A DNA stretch of 63,967 bases, the filler included, from an uncultured Rhodopirellula sp. (GTDB taxonomy: Bacteria; Planctomycetota; Planctomycetia; Pirellulales; Pirellulaceae): NCBI GenBank assembly GCA_964007735.1. It is 4 parts of 4 records of this genome, joined end to end, with 100 filler letters (N's around TTAATTAATTAA, not from the genome) between each part and the next. Parts side by side here need not be neighbours in the genome. Positions count along the whole stretch, not along the records: positions 35,826 to 53,521 come from CAXGAI010000071.1; 3 more parts are not named here. One strand, given 5' to 3'. Both the position numbers and the translations under genes were made by a program. Within the stretch, counting starts at the first letter, position 1. Each line of letters begins with the position of its first letter. Below, piece after piece: positions 40,301-49,143 of this stretch. The notes beneath the pieces were generated by a model that was not told the DNA's origin, ran no database searches, and worked only from the letters and a program-made list of their open reading frames with translations.

Positions 40301-41243
40301 TAGCTAATTGGTCTATCTGATCCAGATTGCGATTGGCCGGATGTCTTCCTCCTCCATCACAATACATCACGATACAGTCCGCATCGTTGAAGGCTGCCGA
40401 GTCTTCTGGCCAGCCGTTTTGGAATACCTCCACAGCATACCCTGGCATGCTCTCCCGTATAGCGTTTGCTAGAATCATGCTCCCCGCATAGTGTTCATGG
40501 CTCCCGTACCCATGACTCCGTGGACCAGCCATAAACGCAACCTTTTTCTTTAAGGGTAATTGCTTTAGCCGGATATTCTTGAACTGCACTGACATAGGAG
40601 GGCCAGCGTGCAACTGAAGCCCCAGCAAACCTTTATGAGCGGCCCTGGCGTCCTGCTTATCGACCACGTCGATGGTCACCTTATCATTGATGATCTGGAT
40701 AAGATGATTTCCTTTGGCGATGATCGTGTAGTCATTCCAATCTTCCTTGTTGACCGCTGCTAGGATCTCCTGCTCCGTGGAAGTTCTTCCGATGGTTTTC
40801 TTCTCGCCCGTCTTGGTGATTTCGACTTTATTTCCGCGTTTGGCAAGTACACCACGACCACGTTCTTCATAGAGGGTACCGGTCCAAGCACCTGCGCCGT
40901 CGAAATCAGCTTGATAACCCGACATCACCCATTTAGAAACCTCTTTACTTCGATACTGGATGCCACTATTTCCTCCTTTAATACGAAATTGCAGGCGAAG
41001 TTCGAAGTCGCTTAATTGGCCTTCCCGCCACACGATAAAAGTGTTTCCTTTGGTGGGCATTTCAGTTGAAGTGATGCCCGTGATCGCTCCGTCTTTCACT
41101 GACCAAAAGTCTGTATTTCCGTCCCAGCCTTTCAGTGTTTTGCCGTCAAAAATGGACTTAAAGCCAACTTCCTCTGCCTGAATTAGTGGAGTGGAGAACA
41201 AGGTAAGGCAGAATAACAACGCGCTGATGATTCGTTTCATCAC
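37311..41243 (-). CDS. PVC-type membrane-bound dehydrogenase fused to DUF1080, ThuA-like and NPCBM domains, with HEAT repeats
   Basis: Signal peptide; DUF1080 (IFDGKTLKGW, DFELRLQF, NSGIQYR, GLQLH); ThuA-like (SHGYGSHEH, HPITNGV, DEWYY, TGGHNH); NPCBM (VEDGGNG..CD.ANW, GIGTHS); propeller (DHRGRVWVCE, HNFRNNYE, SDNDDDG, FRPADVCVAPDG, DWYDPGVGGH). No CxxCH. Confidence 0.88.
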   Translation of the reverse strand: MMKRIISALLFCLTLFSTPLIQAEEVGFKSIFDGKTLKGWDGNTDFWSVKDGAITGITSTEMPTKGNTFIVWREGQLSDFELRLQFRIKGGNSGIQYRSKEVSKWVMSGYQADFDGAGAWTGTLYEERGRGVLAKRGNKVEITKTGEKKTIGRTSTEQEILAAVNKEDWNDYTIIAKGNHLIQIINDKVTIDVVDKQDARAAHKGLLGLQLHAGPPMSVQFKNIRLKQLPLKKKVAFMAGPRSHGYGSHEHYAGSMILANAIRESMPGYAVEVFQNGWPEDSAAFNDADCIVMYCDGGGRHPANRNLDQIDQLAKRGVGVVCIHYGVEVPKGNSGDRFLDWIGGYFETNWSVNPHWSAKFDRFPEHPITNGVQPFEINDEWYYHMRFRNKMAGVTPILSALPPKSTLSRPDGAHSGNPHVRASVAAGNIQHLAWAAERPDGGRGFGFTGGHNHWNWGDDNFRKIVLNAIIWCSKGTVPSGGVEDAKVTYDQLERNQDFDQPGNFNKLDVIRKFNLSLGEAAKSSSPKPLYRSKLITSETPNHATPITVNIKGRKQLVLVVEDGGNGYGCDWANWENPIIKGEDWEQSLTDLKWKFASSEWGKVHINKNAAGQAMRSKGRLIETGIGTHSNSTIIYDLPEGALSFEAIGALDEGGTKQLDGKATSVIFAVYDAVSSQPPTSGLERHPDLAVKGLDVGDGMVATLAASEPQLYSLTNLDIDHRGRVWVCEVMNYRKHANRRPEGDRILILEDSDNDGVMDKQTVFYQGRDVDSAMGICVLGNRVIVSATPKVIVFTDDDGDDKPDSKTIMFDKTGQPQHDHSVHSFIFGPDGKLYWNFGNTGKAVRDAEGTIVTDLTGNQVIDNGKPYYGGMIFRCDIDGSNFEVLAHNFRNNYEVAVDSYGRLWQSDNDDDGNKGVRINYILEYGNYGYRDELTGAGWRAERTGMSDKIPIKHWHLNDPGVIPNLLQTGAGSPTGITIYEGNLLPNRLHNEVIHCDAGPNIVRAYPANKSGAGFTATIDNIVEGIDKWFRPADVCVAPDGSLYVTDWYDPGVGGHNMQDLERGRLFRIAPPGIKYDFPQLDLTSLDGALEGLKSPNLSTRYMAWTKLHQSGDQAESILLQLYRTGDSRERARALWLLAKIDGKAQQYVTLAAQDRDEEIRATSLRIARQTGVDLLTIIRRLKDDESPQVRREALVALRFLGTGEAHELWAHFASKHDGKDRWYLEALGIGADLHWEGRFSAWLKLIGDQWNTPAGRDIIWRSRSTKAPDLLASILLDKSTNEDEHPRYLRAFDYHQGPAKDAALEKILLGM

Positions 41244-41309
41244 AGGTGACCTCAGCTGAAAACAAGTTAAAAAAAGACCGGCGTAGGGTTTATTATAGGA
41301 CGCGGTGTC

Positions 41310-42080
41310 CTATGCGTCAGCATTGTGTAAATAAACATTTACACCATTATGTAGAAATGGTACTGCCAAGTGAAATGGTTCATTACATCCAGGCTTGCTG
41401 ATAGCCGCGGGACTGTACTGGGTAACATACGCTCGACGCATGTTGTTTGTGGTGTTGGGACCAGAACGATGGAAGCTTAGGCTGCTAAAAACCACCATAC
41501 TACCGGCTGGGACGATCGCTGTGATACCTTGCAGTTCACCGGTGTAACCTATCTTGTCGCCTGATTCGGGATCTCGTACGTGTGGCCTTAACTCCTGGCT
41601 TCCAATCGTACTAAAGGGGAGCAGGGAGACAGTCCCGTTCTCTACAGTCATGTCATCAACGGCGGTCCATACCGTAACGTAGGGTTCATGCGGAAACCCA
41701 AGATAACCGCTGTCCTGATGCCAGGAGAAAGGCCTCCCCTTTTGCTTCGCCTTCGCTACATATTGGTCATAAAACAGGAATGCTGAAGGGCCTATTGTTG
41801 CACGACAAATCTCAGCCATTAAATTGCTGAAGACGAATTTATCCAGATGAGGCACTAGATTATACTGTTTGGCAATATGATAACGTTCATTTCTGTGGCT
41901 GATATGGATATGATTTGTATCTAAACGATCCATTTCCTGGTGCATGGAGTTGATCAGCGTATCACAGGCATTCCTTAATAAATCTAGGTCGGCCGACGAA
42001 AGCACCGAATCCAGGATAAAGTATCCCTCCTCGTGATATTGCCGAGCATGTGCGGGGGTTAGAGTGGGCGTGTTACGCAT
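41310..42080 (-). CDS. Phytanoyl-CoA dioxygenase (PhyH) family Fe/2OG enzyme
   Basis: WHQDSGY, WTAVDD.TVENG, HRSGPN, RRAY. Confidence 0.9.
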   Translation of the reverse strand: MRNTPTLTPAHARQYHEEGYFILDSVLSSADLDLLRNACDTLINSMHQEMDRLDTNHIHISHRNERYHIAKQYNLVPHLDKFVFSNLMAEICRATIGPSAFLFYDQYVAKAKQKGRPFSWHQDSGYLGFPHEPYVTVWTAVDDMTVENGTVSLLPFSTIGSQELRPHVRDPESGDKIGYTGELQGITAIVPAGSMVVFSSLSFHRSGPNTTNNMRRAYVTQYSPAAISKPGCNEPFHLAVPFLHNGVNVYLHNADA

Positions 42081-42981
42081 TTGAACGGGCTATGCACCTT
42101 GTGAGATAAGCTCGCGACCGGTTAATTTCCTCGGAAACCAAATCGGCCGTCTCCATTATGGGTATACCTCGAGGAGTAGGGTGCATGAAGATTTCTGTGT
42201 AACCGGTGTATTTTATCTTAGCAAGAGCTGACACGATTGGTGCGAAGTCAAGCGTTCCTTGGCCGGGCATTTGCATATGCTCGAGCGGGGCAGGCATTGC
42301 CTTGTGACATCCTAGACCATGTTCCCACGCGTAAAACAGTGCTAAGTTGCTTCCTAATGTCTCTATTAGTTCCGCTATAAGTGTTTCGTTTTGCGGTAGA
42401 TGATACGGGGCAAGTGCGATTCCTAATGCTGGCTCGGTATTTAGTTCTGCAAAATACCGTAGAGAGGCCGGACTGTTTATTAACGAGGCGCTATGGTTTT
42501 CGATACAAATACGCACGCCAGCACGTTTGGCGAGTTGCGCCGTATCCTTTAGGCTGGCGAGAAATTCTCGGACCTGGGCTTTTAGTGGAGTGTCGTTCGC
42601 CTTTTTCGAGCCGCAAACGATAAGCGAACCTCCGAGGCTCCTGACAACCTCAATCTCGTCTCTTAAGCGTTGTGGCCCTAAATCGTAACGAGTCGATAAC
42701 TCGAACTTTACTTGGTTGTCCTCCAGAGCGTTTAAAAAAGCCCTGTGCCCAATGCGATCGATTTGCAGCCGTTGGTCGCCGTGGCTAGGTGGCCAAAGGT
42801 CTATGGCTGTGGCGCCGATTTTTCGGACTTGGCGGATGCACTCCAGCACGTCAATTTTTCCATACATGGAAGACGCCAGCATGTATTTAAAAGCAAAAGT
42901 CGAATTCGTATGGCCTTTCACTTGGGAGGCCGTGATACCGGCGCAGGCGGCGCCTATAAATGTCCTTCTTTTGATGTCCAT
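42073..42981 (-). CDS. Tat-exported sugar phosphate isomerase/epimerase (AP_endonuc_2 TIM barrel)
   Basis: KRRTFIG twin-arginine signal; [32 protein letters not shown]. Confidence 0.82.
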   Translation of the reverse strand: MDIKRRTFIGAACAGITASQVKGHTNSTFAFKYMLASSMYGKIDVLECIRQVRKIGATAIDLWPPSHGDQRLQIDRIGHRAFLNALEDNQVKFELSTRYDLGPQRLRDEIEVVRSLGGSLIVCGSKKANDTPLKAQVREFLASLKDTAQLAKRAGVRICIENHSASLINSPASLRYFAELNTEPALGIALAPYHLPQNETLIAELIETLGSNLALFYAWEHGLGCHKAMPAPLEHMQMPGQGTLDFAPIVSALAKIKYTGYTEIFMHPTPRGIPIMETADLVSEEINRSRAYLTRCIARSNA

Positions 42982-42987
42982 GAGCCG

Positions 42988-44376
42988 CTATTCCCCTAAA
43001 TACCTAGTAATTTTTGCGATGTCGACATTGACGCTTTTGTAGCCATGGTAAAGGTTCCCGAAATCGAAAAGAGACTGACGAATAAACTCTGTATCCTCTG
43101 CACCAATGGCGTCGGAAAAAATTGGGTGTAGGTATTGGCGACCTTGTTCAGAAATCTGGAATTGTTCGGGACTGTAGAAGCTTGGGTGAACCGTACGTGC
43201 ATGAATTTCGCCGAATTTATCACGAAAGAGGCTTGCGTCGTGGCGACCAACGGTGAATCCATCGATTGAATCCCATTGTAATGTAGAGACGGAATTGTTC
43301 TCGCCATCTAATAACATTTGGGTTGCATTTCCACCAAGCTGCGAAGCATAAAATCGATCAAACCGCAGCGGACGGCCTCCTCTTTGAGTATGACCCACTT
43401 TACGGGTAAAGAAAGCAGCTTTTCCATTGCGAAAAGCTCCGGAGGAAGTGAAAAAGTCTTCGCCAATATGATCTAGTAACGTAGCAGCTAAATTAGAGGC
43501 GGCACCAGATAGGACGACGTTCCCTGACGGGTCGGTGCTCCCGCTAGAAGCGCCAAATTCGCGGCCATCTTCTCCTACGATGCCCTCTCCACATACGATC
43601 ACAGCGTGTCGTTGGTGGTCGTAAATTTGTTGGACGCGTTTGGCAAGAGCGTCAATATTAAATCGATGTTCCGGAATCAAAACCATGTCGGGTTGGCCGT
43701 AACTAGATCCAAGGGCAATATAACCAGAGTGTCTTCCCATAACCTCAATCACAGCAATACGACGGTGGCTTTCGGCCGTTGTCCGTACTCGGCGAACACC
43801 TTCAGCCGCTTCATAAACCGCAGTGGCGTACCCAGGCGTTGCGTAATTAATCATTTTTTGTACGGCGAAGGTTTTGTCGAGACCGGTAGGGTGGGGTTCT
43901 TTTCTATAGGTTTCGCTTCCGTTCTCAACGTCCTTCACCCATTGATCGGCTTCCCCGATGAAATTGAGTCCCAGGTCGTTATCAATTGTTTTCGGTGCTA
44001 GTACGGTTGGTACCATGTCACAAATTGGCTGCAACCCATTTAAGGTGCCGTCTCCACCGATACAGATTAACCCGTCCAGCGAAAGTCTTGCAATTCGCTT
44101 AGCAATGAGTTCAAGAACTGTTGGATCCTCGTCGTTAACGTAGGTTCGTGACGAACCAAGAATAGTCCCGCCGCGGGTTGCGTCGAGTTGTGGTATTTCG
44201 TTGAAGAGGGGATTGAGAAGAACATGTGGTGCGCGATCCTGGAAAAACGAGGAAAATCCATTCAGAAGTCCTATGACTTCAACCCGCGCTTCATTGGCGG
44301 CCCTCACGGCGCCCAGAATGGTGGCGTTGAGTGCCGGAGTGTCGCCCCCAGCGGTAAGTATACCAATGCGCTTCAT
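42988..44376 (-). CDS. pfkA: 6-phosphofructokinase (PfkA family)
   Basis: IGILTAGGDTPALN, GGTILGSSR, IGGDGT, PKTIDND, TTAESH.R, EVMGRHSG, GHTQRGG. Confidence 0.92.
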   Translation of the reverse strand: MKRIGILTAGGDTPALNATILGAVRAANEARVEVIGLLNGFSSFFQDRAPHVLLNPLFNEIPQLDATRGGTILGSSRTYVNDEDPTVLELIAKRIARLSLDGLICIGGDGTLNGLQPICDMVPTVLAPKTIDNDLGLNFIGEADQWVKDVENGSETYRKEPHPTGLDKTFAVQKMINYATPGYATAVYEAAEGVRRVRTTAESHRRIAVIEVMGRHSGYIALGSSYGQPDMVLIPEHRFNIDALAKRVQQIYDHQRHAVIVCGEGIVGEDGREFGASSGSTDPSGNVVLSGAASNLAATLLDHIGEDFFTSSGAFRNGKAAFFTRKVGHTQRGGRPLRFDRFYASQLGGNATQMLLDGENNSVSTLQWDSIDGFTVGRHDASLFRDKFGEIHARTVHPSFYSPEQFQISEQGRQYLHPIFSDAIGAEDTEFIRQSLFDFGNLYHGYKSVNVDIAKITRYLGE

Positions 44377-44413
44377 CTGCTATCCGTCAAGTGAACTATC
44401 GGTTGGTCGGAGT

Positions 44414-45754
44414 TTATCCAAGATTCAGGTTGTCAAGAATTGGCCGTAAGCCGGTTAAGTCTAAAGGATCCAAAGTATCGAGGGCAGACTTAAGGGATTC
44501 CAATTCGGTACCGCCGAAAATTGACCGCACTTCAATCACTGTCCGGTTCGGCATTTCAGTACCCTCGACGATTGTGGACGCGCCCTCGATTATCACAACC
44601 TGATTATCGTATTTTGTAGCCAAGTCATGTAACAGACTAGAACTTCCGAAATCGACTTCTACCACTGATTCGTCAGGAAGAATGACGACGGAACCAGTTG
44701 TCTCGCCGCCGATGGCAACAATATCATTATAAATAAGTTCCCCAACGTACGCGCTACCCAGCAAATCATCGAATAGAGTATCGAGTTCGAGGGTTGTACC
44801 GAATTCTTCCTCGACAAGTTCTTCCACATTGGTGATTCCTTCGTCAGACGTTCTCTCGAGCGTCTCTAAAAGGTCGCCGAGATTGCCGCCGTGGAGAACA
44901 AAGTCTTCGTACTGGGAAACGTCGAGCGACTCGGTCACAAATACGTCAACTTCGTAATCCGATTCCTCATATGTTTGATATATCTCGTCATAATTGTCGA
45001 GTACATCGCCATACTCCGGCACTTCGACGTCATCGAGTCCCTGTTCTAGCTCCTCGAAGAGTTCCGAAAGCCCAATAGTAGGATCTGTATATTCAGTCGG
45101 GTCAAACTCGTATGGAGTATCGTCGTCAACCCCCGATTGATCCGGTACATTGCCAAAGGTATTAATCGAAACGGTTTCTAGCTCACTCGCAATGGATGAG
45201 AGCCCTCTTTGAAGTGCATCAGTGTTAACGAGCGTGGCCTGCTCCAGCTTAGAATAATAGGCTTGCAATTCTGCGGTGTTTCTTACAGAGTACTCCTGAA
45301 AAGACCGTAAAGACGCGTAGATTGCTTCCGTTGCGGATTCGTAATCATTTATCAGTGAATTGAATTTAACGGTTACAGTTTCTGCTTCTTGCGGAATAGA
45401 ATCAAATTCGTTGAGTAAATAATCCCGCGCTAACACTAAGTGATCCAATTCATTCTTGACAGATGCGGAATTCAATTCATTGATGATACCCAACGCATCC
45501 ACAGGGGCCAGAATATCGTCGCCGCTGGTGTCTAAAAAGCCTCCCACGTGGAGCTGTGTTGCTGTCGGAATATTCAACTCATTGATGATCGCTAAGGCAT
45601 CAACTGGGGAGACATGTTCATCTAAATTTACGTCATGAGGATCGATCGGATTTTGAAACACCACTAGATCCGCAGCTAATAGGCGTCGGGATTCCAACAT
45701 CTCGACGGAGAGCTTATTACTGGGCATCCTACGTGGTTTGGTACGGCGTGTCAT
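44414..45754 (-). CDS. Secreted acidic protein with planctomycete extracellular signal and type I dockerin
   Basis: VEMLESRRLLA signal; dockerin pair DVNLDEHVSPVDALAIINELN / DTSGDDILAPVDALGIINELN. Confidence 0.85.
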   Translation of the reverse strand: MTRRTKPRRMPSNKLSVEMLESRRLLAADLVVFQNPIDPHDVNLDEHVSPVDALAIINELNIPTATQLHVGGFLDTSGDDILAPVDALGIINELNSASVKNELDHLVLARDYLLNEFDSIPQEAETVTVKFNSLINDYESATEAIYASLRSFQEYSVRNTAELQAYYSKLEQATLVNTDALQRGLSSIASELETVSINTFGNVPDQSGVDDDTPYEFDPTEYTDPTIGLSELFEELEQGLDDVEVPEYGDVLDNYDEIYQTYEESDYEVDVFVTESLDVSQYEDFVLHGGNLGDLLETLERTSDEGITNVEELVEEEFGTTLELDTLFDDLLGSAYVGELIYNDIVAIGGETTGSVVILPDESVVEVDFGSSSLLHDLATKYDNQVVIIEGASTIVEGTEMPNRTVIEVRSIFGGTELESLKSALDTLDPLDLTGLRPILDNLNLG

Positions 45755-45924
45755 GTTTAAACCCGTCCTCTGTTAAATTCCCCGCGTCATCGTGAATATA
45801 ACCTACGTAACGCCTGGCGATATAGATTGGACTAAGATGTATATGCATCTTTATCTTGAAGCTTATCATTTGTATGCTGGCAAGCTTTAATCAAGATTAA
45901 GAAAATTATTAAACTTTGTTTATT

Positions 45925-47346
45925 ATGAGCGAAACAGACGGACAAATGCTAGGAATAACAGTATTACCCGAATATTTTCAAGTGGAGGGCGTGGAACGCG
46001 TTTTAGATAATTGTCAGGATGTTGCAGGTGCAACGGCTATTACAACATCTCCATATGTTATGAGATTATCGAACCCAGAAGAAGGCCAACGTGAGCCACC
46101 TATCGATGCCGGCGCAGGAGATGTTCGGCTGTTAGACAGGCCTCTTTGGGGTAAACGAGAGCTATTTGTTAGCACATCTCCCTCATTTCATGCTAACAAG
46201 AGTCTGTACATCAATACCTGTTATCAACCCCCTCAGGGTGACAAATTGACTGAGACAGAGGGGGAGGTAGTTGCAGAGGCGCTTTCCATGATGAAATCGC
46301 GCGGGCTGAAAACGTTCTTTCAGGTCCAGGCTGCAATCCCGCCAGGGTATCGTGTGCAGTTTAGCGGCGTTGTTAAAAAAGACGAGCCGTTGCTGCCGAA
46401 TGGCCGACAGGTCGATAATCGCGTTGCGGCAAACGCTAGCCTGGCGAGTGAAGATGTGCTGAATTACCAGATAGCCCTCATCAAAGACCTTTTTCAACAA
46501 TATCCGAATGTGGATGGCGTAAGGATTGACTGGCCCGAATACCCACCCTACAAACTCGACTCGGCTTTTCTTGACTTTAATCCACAGGTCAGTCGGTGGT
46601 GCTTGGATGAAAAGGAGTTTTCAGATATTAGACAGGTGGTGTCTGAGGCTTATCATTGGTTGCACGGGAATTTGACAGACGAGCATGTGAGGGAACTGAC
46701 GAGTTTAGAGGCGCTTAGCGATACATTTCATAACTTAGGTTTTCACCAGGGCCTTTCACAGTGGTTGAAGTTGAAGCAACGACTTGTTACGAATTATATT
46801 GAGCGCGTTCGCACGGCGCTTGACGACTCGGGATTCAAGGATAGGCTTTTAGTACCGCACGCGTTTCCGCCTCCGTTTCATTATCTTTCCGGGATTGATT
46901 ATGGGGCGATAGGTGAGTTTTCTGATCATATCGCAGTAAAAATGTATACGATGCACTGGTCGATGATAGCGCGGTTTTACCTTGATCAGCTCGCTCAAGC
47001 GAACCCATCAACAAAGGAGGACGCATTAATAAAAATGGTGTATTCACTTTTGGAGATTTCTGATGAGCCGGGACCCTCCGAGATCCAGAACGTAAAATAT
47101 CCCGGTCCCGATGATCCTCAGCTGCCCACCGCGAAAGTACAGCAGAAAAAATTCGCGGTTGCACAACAGCAGGCGGGCGACACGCAATTAGCAGCTTTAG
47201 TCCATGGCTACGGGCCAGTAGAAGAATTCGCCAGTCGATTCAGGACGGCTTATAAGGCCGCGGGTAATTTTGCCTGGGTCAATCGATATTGTTATTTGAG
47301 TGACAGCAAATTACGTGTTTTAGGCGAGATTACTCATGGCTCCTGA
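45925..47346 (+). CDS. Conserved hypothetical protein, probable glycoside-hydrolase-like TIM barrel
   Basis: Long ORF; YPNVDGVRIDWPEYPPY resembles GH-like barrel strands. Function not established. Confidence 0.55.
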   Translation: MSETDGQMLGITVLPEYFQVEGVERVLDNCQDVAGATAITTSPYVMRLSNPEEGQREPPIDAGAGDVRLLDRPLWGKRELFVSTSPSFHANKSLYINTCYQPPQGDKLTETEGEVVAEALSMMKSRGLKTFFQVQAAIPPGYRVQFSGVVKKDEPLLPNGRQVDNRVAANASLASEDVLNYQIALIKDLFQQYPNVDGVRIDWPEYPPYKLDSAFLDFNPQVSRWCLDEKEFSDIRQVVSEAYHWLHGNLTDEHVRELTSLEALSDTFHNLGFHQGLSQWLKLKQRLVTNYIERVRTALDDSGFKDRLLVPHAFPPPFHYLSGIDYGAIGEFSDHIAVKMYTMHWSMIARFYLDQLAQANPSTKEDALIKMVYSLLEISDEPGPSEIQNVKYPGPDDPQLPTAKVQQKKFAVAQQQAGDTQLAALVHGYGPVEEFASRFRTAYKAAGNFAWVNRYCYLSDSKLRVLGEITHGS

Positions 47347-49048
47347 ATTGATGCAAACGGAGGCAGTCGCCACGGAAGCCCCGATCCGTTCGACGAGCCA
47401 CGCGCAGTGGTGGTGTTGTTTTACAGTAATGGTTCTTACCGTGCTCGTGTCGGGATGTTATCAAATGGTCAACGGTGACATTTGGTGGCATCTGAGGGCC
47501 GGTGATTGGATTCTTGATAACGGAGCTGTTCCAAGGCGCAATTTATTTACATATACCAACCCAGATACCGTGTGGATCGATCTCCACTGGATATTTCAGG
47601 TTATCGTTGCAGGGATCTATCGCGAATTTGGTACCGCCGGGTTGGTAGTCTGGAAGTCCGTTGTCGGCGCTGTTGCTTTGGGTGCCGTTTTCTTTACCGC
47701 GTTCAAGCGGCTTTCAGGTGTCTTGTTTGCTTTCGCGTGGCTCCCTTTTGTTTGGATCTACGCGGGTAGGTTTCATGTGCGACCGGAAATGTTATCGCAC
47801 CTGTATTTAGGAGTCACCCTACTCATTATCCACTCGCATCACCATGGCAGGTCGCGTGTCATTTGGCTACTGATCCCCATCCAAGTGGCTTGGGTTAATA
47901 GTCAAGGATTATTCATATTGCAACATTGCGTATTGGGCGCCTACGCGTTAAACGAACAGTTCAGGGACTTCAGTAAAGCGAGACTCAATAGGGTTTGGTA
48001 TGTGTTGGTAGCGTGCTCTATAGCCACGCTTTGTAATCCATATGGTCTACAAGGCGCAATTTTTCCCCTTGAGTTACTACAAAAGGTCGGGGGGGAGAAT
48101 AGGGAGTTCTTTCAGTTACTTGCCGGCGAAACAATGGGAATGGGCAATTTTCTCGAGGATTACGGGATCGACGGGATTTTGAGATCAACCACGCCTCGCC
48201 TTATGATGCTTACCGTTCCGTTGTGTCTAGGCGTGGTGCTTTTAGGTTCGCGCAGAAGGCTTTCGTTGACTATTTATCGCTGGATATTATTGTTTGGCTT
48301 TGGATATCTAGCGTGGAACATGAATCGCAATGCGTCGTTATATGCGATGGTTTGGGGATACGTGTTTGTCAGCACACTGGGGGAACTGTTTGGCACTAAA
48401 TCTGTTCCTAAAAGTAGTGACGATCCAGCCTTAGCATTAATCCGCGGTACGATAACAAAGATAGGGACTCTCTTTGTTGTTGTAAGCCTGTTAGCCTCTG
48501 TTACAGATTTGCTGGGTAATAAAGAGATGCCGGGTGGGCACTACCCGCCCCGACGTGCGGGCTTTGGGGAAGACGGCTGGTATCATCATGAAGCGGCTAG
48601 ATTCATTGCAGAAATGCCTGGAGTCGAGAATGTATACGTTCATTACAACGGGACGGGACTGGCAGGCGTAGTCATCTATCATGCGTTTCGCAGAGAAGTC
48701 ACTTCTTCCAAACGAGTTTTCGCCGATGCGCGTCTGGAAGCAAACAGTCCGGAGGTGTTAAGGCATTTTCTTGAAGCATTAGGAGAAAACGATCAGACTC
48801 TGGCTCGATTTGAAGGCGTATTGTCTGAGTATGGCCTAAATAAAATGGCGCTGGTATTTAAAAATAACGATTTGATCATACGCAAGCGATTGCTAGAAGA
48901 ATTGATCGCCAGTGAGAAGTGGCGAAGTGTTTATTTAAGCATGGATCCAAACAAGGGCGAAGGCGTCACAATATTCGTCTCACAAGATGTGGTAGAGAAA
49001 CATCAGCTCAAGATTGTCTCCGTAGGTGAATTAAGGAGCCGGTTTTAG
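47336..49048 (+). CDS. Polytopic membrane protein, GT-C glycosyltransferase-like
   Basis: DIWWHLRAGDWI, WIFQV, VRPEM, WVNSQG, CNPYG, FADARLE. Confidence 0.7.
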   Translation: MAPELMQTEAVATEAPIRSTSHAQWWCCFTVMVLTVLVSGCYQMVNGDIWWHLRAGDWILDNGAVPRRNLFTYTNPDTVWIDLHWIFQVIVAGIYREFGTAGLVVWKSVVGAVALGAVFFTAFKRLSGVLFAFAWLPFVWIYAGRFHVRPEMLSHLYLGVTLLIIHSHHHGRSRVIWLLIPIQVAWVNSQGLFILQHCVLGAYALNEQFRDFSKARLNRVWYVLVACSIATLCNPYGLQGAIFPLELLQKVGGENREFFQLLAGETMGMGNFLEDYGIDGILRSTTPRLMMLTVPLCLGVVLLGSRRRLSLTIYRWILLFGFGYLAWNMNRNASLYAMVWGYVFVSTLGELFGTKSVPKSSDDPALALIRGTITKIGTLFVVVSLLASVTDLLGNKEMPGGHYPPRRAGFGEDGWYHHEAARFIAEMPGVENVYVHYNGTGLAGVVIYHAFRREVTSSKRVFADARLEANSPEVLRHFLEALGENDQTLARFEGVLSEYGLNKMALVFKNNDLIIRKRLLEELIASEKWRSVYLSMDPNKGEGVTIFVSQDVVEKHQLKIVSVGELRSRF

Positions 49049-49143
49049 GCGAGGTAAAAAGGGGGTAATTCGGTCGCATTGACACTATAATGCGATACTG
49101 GCGCATAAACATAACTACTTATAAATGAAACAGGTGACTAACA

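Noticed and set aside
49074..49095. Perfect TTGACA and TATAAT upstream of the PQQ-like gene
   Set aside because: The two hexamers are 1 nt apart rather than about 17, so they are not one sigma70 promoter. The flanking TCGCATT/AATGCGA repeat is too short to support a call.
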